This document shows positions 59,850 through 64,000 of a stretch of DNA of 64,000 nt, piece after piece. The notes under the pieces were generated by a model, which had not been told where the DNA came from, did not search any database, and worked only from the letters and a program-made list of their open reading frames with translations. The position numbers and the translations under genes are program-made. Positions within the stretch are counted from its first letter, which is position 1. Every line of letters starts with the position of its first letter. Source of the stretch: Tricharina praecox (lineage: Eukaryota); the NCBI RefSeq assembly GCF_024521635.1, contig NW_026250435.1:62001-126000 (forward strand), written 5' to 3'.

Positions 59850-60867
59850 ATTTTGCCCTGGTGCCTGGCCCCATATTCGCGTTCGCCTTCCGTTCCGTCC
59901 CAGGTCATAGGTCATACCGGCCGCCTGGTTGGTGGTGGTTGGCCGCACCAAAGCGACACGTGTGGCGTCCCGCCGTCGCGATACTCCCAATCCAGACATA
60001 CCCGTGCCACATCAGCCCCGTGAACCGATCCGAATGATACCCCCCATACTCATCATACCCAGCCTCACACTCGTACTCATACTCAGACCCACTCGCGTGC
60101 ACCCCTCTCTCTCTACTATCGTTACTCATACGCCTCTACGCATACCCGCGCCTCTCCCCGCTGAAAGGATAAGGAAGACCGCGCGCGCCGCTGGAATACT
60201 CTAGACCCACATCGCGATCCGCTTCGACTCTCGAGCCTCCATCCGCCAGCCCCGTCCCGCCGACAGACCGACAGGCCGACAGACCGACAGAAAAGCCTCC
60301 GTCGTCACCGCAAAGTGCCCAACTACTGGTACGTACCCACCGTACCTGCCACTGTAGGTTTACCTCGCTGCCCCTGTTTCCTTCGCGTCGTCGTTGTGTT
60401 GCCGGGCCGTTCGGCTCGTACATGAAGTCCCCGCTACCGTATCGTCTGCACACCCATCACCGCCCCAAAATCCGTTTCCTGCAGTCGCCAGTCGCCACTG
60501 CAGCTTCGGGCTCGGGCTTGGGCTCGAACGGCGGGGCAACAAGCTCATCATCCTTGAATGTCGCGGGCACGCCGGCCGCGGCGGCCGTCGTCGTCAAGAT
60601 GGGCTTACCTTACGGAATCATACTCGTGCATATGCTAACTACCCCGGAAGCATTCAGAGACGCGTTGCCGAAGCAGGTTTATGCCCTTCCGAGCCAGGTC
60701 GTGAAGAACGCCGGGAGCGAAGGTAAACCTATTAATAATAAAAAAACAAATAATAAAAAAGAAAAACCTGTGCCACTTTCCAAACACGGCGCAGCGTACT
60801 CTACCACATCCGGAGAACAGAAGTCCAAGTTCGAAAGACTCTACTCCACCGATCGTCGCCTTGGTGA

Positions 60868-63800
60868 ATGGAACGGGAAAGCGCGGCCACTTTTGGCGTG
60901 GGGAACTCGAATGCGGGGGACATGCGGCCGGCCGGCGTCGAGGCCGTGGGTGAAGCTGGCTCGGTGAACCTTGGAGGTCGCAATGACGCCAGGCGACATG
61001 GTGGCTATAATACCTTCCCACCGCCTTCTCTGACAGAACCCAATCCTCCTGCATCGCAACGCCGTCGCTCTCCTCAATCGCTCGCTGTTCCCCCGTACAG
61101 CAGCACCAGCGACTACATCGCCAGCAACCGCTACATCGACGACTGCCACGAAGCCGCTGAAGTCTCGCACTGGGACTGGTTGTGGGGACGCAGAAACATG
61201 GCACGGCTACTCCTACTCGCTCCGGCCGTCCTGTTGGTCTTTCTGGCAACGCTCGCATGGAGCATGCCCGCCTTCCCGCTCGAGGAGCGACAGCTCGGCG
61301 CTCCGCCGATAAACGACTTCCGCAATGTCTCGCGGCCCGCGAACATGGCCGAGTACGATCCCGACACCTGGACGTTGGGCACTCACTCTCTCGTCCAGAA
61401 CGAATGGCAGGTGCAGCCTTACGTCGCCAATGGATATCACGGCAGCAGATTGACGGCGGAGGGCCTTGGATACTGGGTATGTGATTCGTGTCCTTTTCCA
61501 GCTGCGGGGAAGGGGGGGGGGGATTGCCTGGGTCTCGTGTTGCGGACGAACTGAGTAACCTTTTTGCTGACGCGGACGATGAGGGGTACACAGCGTATTC
61601 ATAACGTTACTGGTGACACCTGGCCCATAAATGGCTGGCCCCTCGACAACCCTCGCCAAACCTTCGCGACGATCGCCGGGTTCTGGGACTCGCAAAGAAA
61701 CACTACCCGAACAAACTTCCCCGAGCTTCTCCGCAAGGGCGGCGAGAGCGTCATCTCCGGAATTCCCACCTGGACCTCCTTCGTCATCGCTACAGCGGAC
61801 GGGAAGCACACCTATGGGCCTGGCGTCGACCAAAAAACCGTCGAGTACTATCACCAGACATTGTCGCTGAAGGATGGCATCGTCACCACCGCGGTCAAGT
61901 GGAGGCCCGTCGAGGACGGCCCAGTGTACGATCTGGGATTCACCGTCCTCGCCCACCGCGGCAGGCTCAACCTTGGCATGATGAAGATCGACATCGTCTC
62001 CTCCGACGGCTCGCAGCTGATCGTCACCGACGTGCTCGACGGCCAGGGCGCGCAGAGGACCGATGCCGCCGGCAAGGCGGTCGAGAAGAACGACGATCTC
62101 ATCTGGACTGCCGTGCACCCGGACGGCATCAGCAATGTCACCGCCTACGAGTTCTCGACGCTCGACTTTGCGTATGGTGCTCGCGCCTCCGTCGTCAAGG
62201 GCAGCCGCAGGAATGCCGAGGCACGTCCGTGGGTCACTCGCAACGATAGCACCATCGCGCAGGAGTACACCGTCGAGCCTCGCAAGGGCCAGACAATGAC
62301 CATCCTGAAGTACGTCGGGATCGCGTCGACCGATGCGTTCCCCGATCCCAAGAAGACTGCCCGCGACGCAGCGTTCGCCGCCAAGAAGACGGGATGGAAG
62401 AAGCTGCTCGCCGAGCACAGGGCTTGCTGGGAGGCCCTGTGGGAGGACGCCGACATCGAGATTCCCGGAAAGGAGCTCGAGGAACTGCAGATCTCGGTTC
62501 GCGCGTCGTTGTTCCACCTGCTGTCCAACGTTCGCTCCGAGACCGAAGGCGAGGGCATCGGTGACAACTCCATCTCCGTCGGTGGCTTGAGCAGCGACTC
62601 GTACGCGGGCCTGGTGTTCTGGGACGCGGAGCTGTGGATGCTTCCTGGGCTCCTGGTGCTCCATCCCGAGCATGCCGCTTCCATCAACAACTACCGCACC
62701 AAGATGTTGCCACAGGCGCGTGAGAACGCGAAGGAGTACGGGCTCGAGGGTGCCCTGTACCCATGGACCAGCTCCAGATACGGAAACTGCACTGGCACGG
62801 GTCCCTGTGCTGACTACCAGTACCACCTCAACACCGATATCGCCCTGGTCCATTGGCACCAGTTCTTGACTACCGGAGATATGGACTGGTTCCGGGAGAA
62901 GGGCTGGCCTGTGATCGAAGCGGTGGCTCAGATGTGGTCGGGTCTCGTGGATAAAGCCTTGACCGACGACGCCGACGGCTTGAAGAAGGGGATGTACACT
63001 GTTAACAATATGACTGATCCTGTATGTTTCTCCCCCACATGACTCGCTACCCATGAGACTAATCGGGTCGCAGGATGAATATGCCAACCACATCGACAAT
63101 GGTGCCTTCACCACTTCCGGTGTCAAGGTCATCATGGGCATCGCCCAACAGGCAGCGGCGATCATGGGACTCAATACCCCGCCGAAGTGGGCCGACGTCG
63201 AGACGAACATGTTCATCCCGTACAACACCGAAGCACAAATCATCCCCGAATACGCGCAGATGAACGGCAGTGTCGAGATCAAGCAGGCGGACGTGGTGTT
63301 GATCAACTACCCGCTCGAATTCCGGCTGAACGAGAGCCAGGCGCTGAACGACCTCGACTTTTACGCGCGCGCGCAATCCCCCGATGGCCCGGCCATGACC
63401 TGGGCGATATTTGCCATCAGCGCTCTGGATCTGTCCCCGCGCGGATGTGCCAGCTGGACGTACTTCCTCTACGCCTCGCAGCCGTACCTGCGCGAGCCGT
63501 ACTACCAGTTCTCGGAGCAGATCCTCGACGACATCTACGCCAACGGCAACACCAATCCCGCCTTCCCGTTCCTGACGGGCCACGGCGGCTTCCTGCAGAT
63601 CCCAACCCACGGCTTCACCGGCTACCGTCCCCGCCTCGACGCCTTCTACCTCGACCCGTCCGTGCCTCCACAGCTCGAGGAAGGTGTGACCATCAAGGGA
63701 ATGAAGCACCACGGCGCTAGCTTCAACGTGCGTGTGACCCCCGAGAACACGACGATCACCCGTCGCCGCATCACCACGCGCAAGCAGCCCTCGGGCCCGG

Positions 63801-64000
63801 TCACTGTGCGCATCGGCTCCCGCAACTCTATGGGCGGCGACTACCCACTGCTCCCCGGCGAGTCGCTCGTCGTCCCCACGCGGCGCCCAGACCTGAACGG
63901 TACCGACATCCCCGGCAACAAGGCCGAGTGCAAGCTCGCCACAACCCTCGACGCCTACGTCCCAGGGCAATTCCCGATCGGCGCCGTCGACGGCAGCAAC
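60868..64000 (+). CDS. Acid trehalase, glycoside hydrolase family 65 (ATH1/TreA-like), 3'-truncated by window edge
   Basis: QPYVANGYHG, NGWPL..PRQTFATIAGFWD, SSDSYAGLVFWDAELWM, YQYHLNTDI, NMTDP|DEYANH, IKQADVVL, PAFPFLTGHGG; introns 61477-61593 and 63022-63073. Confidence 0.95.

Noticed and set aside
59697..60037. Poly-His / poly-Pro ORFs (also 52107-52482)
   Set aside because: Products of CAC/GGT microsatellites with no other coding support
61213..63970. 697-aa and 303-aa minus-strand ORFs
   Set aside because: Antisense shadows of the high-GC3 trehalase gene

Overview
Intron-containing filamentous ascomycete DNA (Pezizomycete-like by impression only; not provable from the sequence). About 16 kb (8525-24854) is a nest of Ty3/Gypsy LTR retrotransposons. 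It holds one near-complete chromovirus (family B), two 5' halves, a pol fragment and several LTRs of family A, an LTR fragment of a B-related family C, and a 409-bp miniature LTR element (TRIM, family D) plus a solo LTR of it. The rest is ordinary gene space: two paralogous C2H2-type zinc-finger genes, an XPG/Asteroid PIN-like nuclease, a divergent caspase/legumain-fold protease, an AA12-like PQQ sugar dehydrogenase, tRNA-Gln(CTG), a membrane-protein pseudogene, Arp9, an MDR oxidoreductase, two tandem membrane-protein paralogues, a GH65 acid trehalase running off the end, and three hAT-derived non-autonomous elements with 8-bp TSDs. The most interesting observation is the TRIM. It appears to assemble a tRNA-type Pol III promoter (A box in the LTR, B box and tRNA 3' half in the internal region). 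The predicted start of that transcript coincides with a sequence complementary to the element's own primer-binding site, making it a candidate Pol III-transcribed, self-priming mini LTR retroelement. All calls were made by eye; no database search was run.
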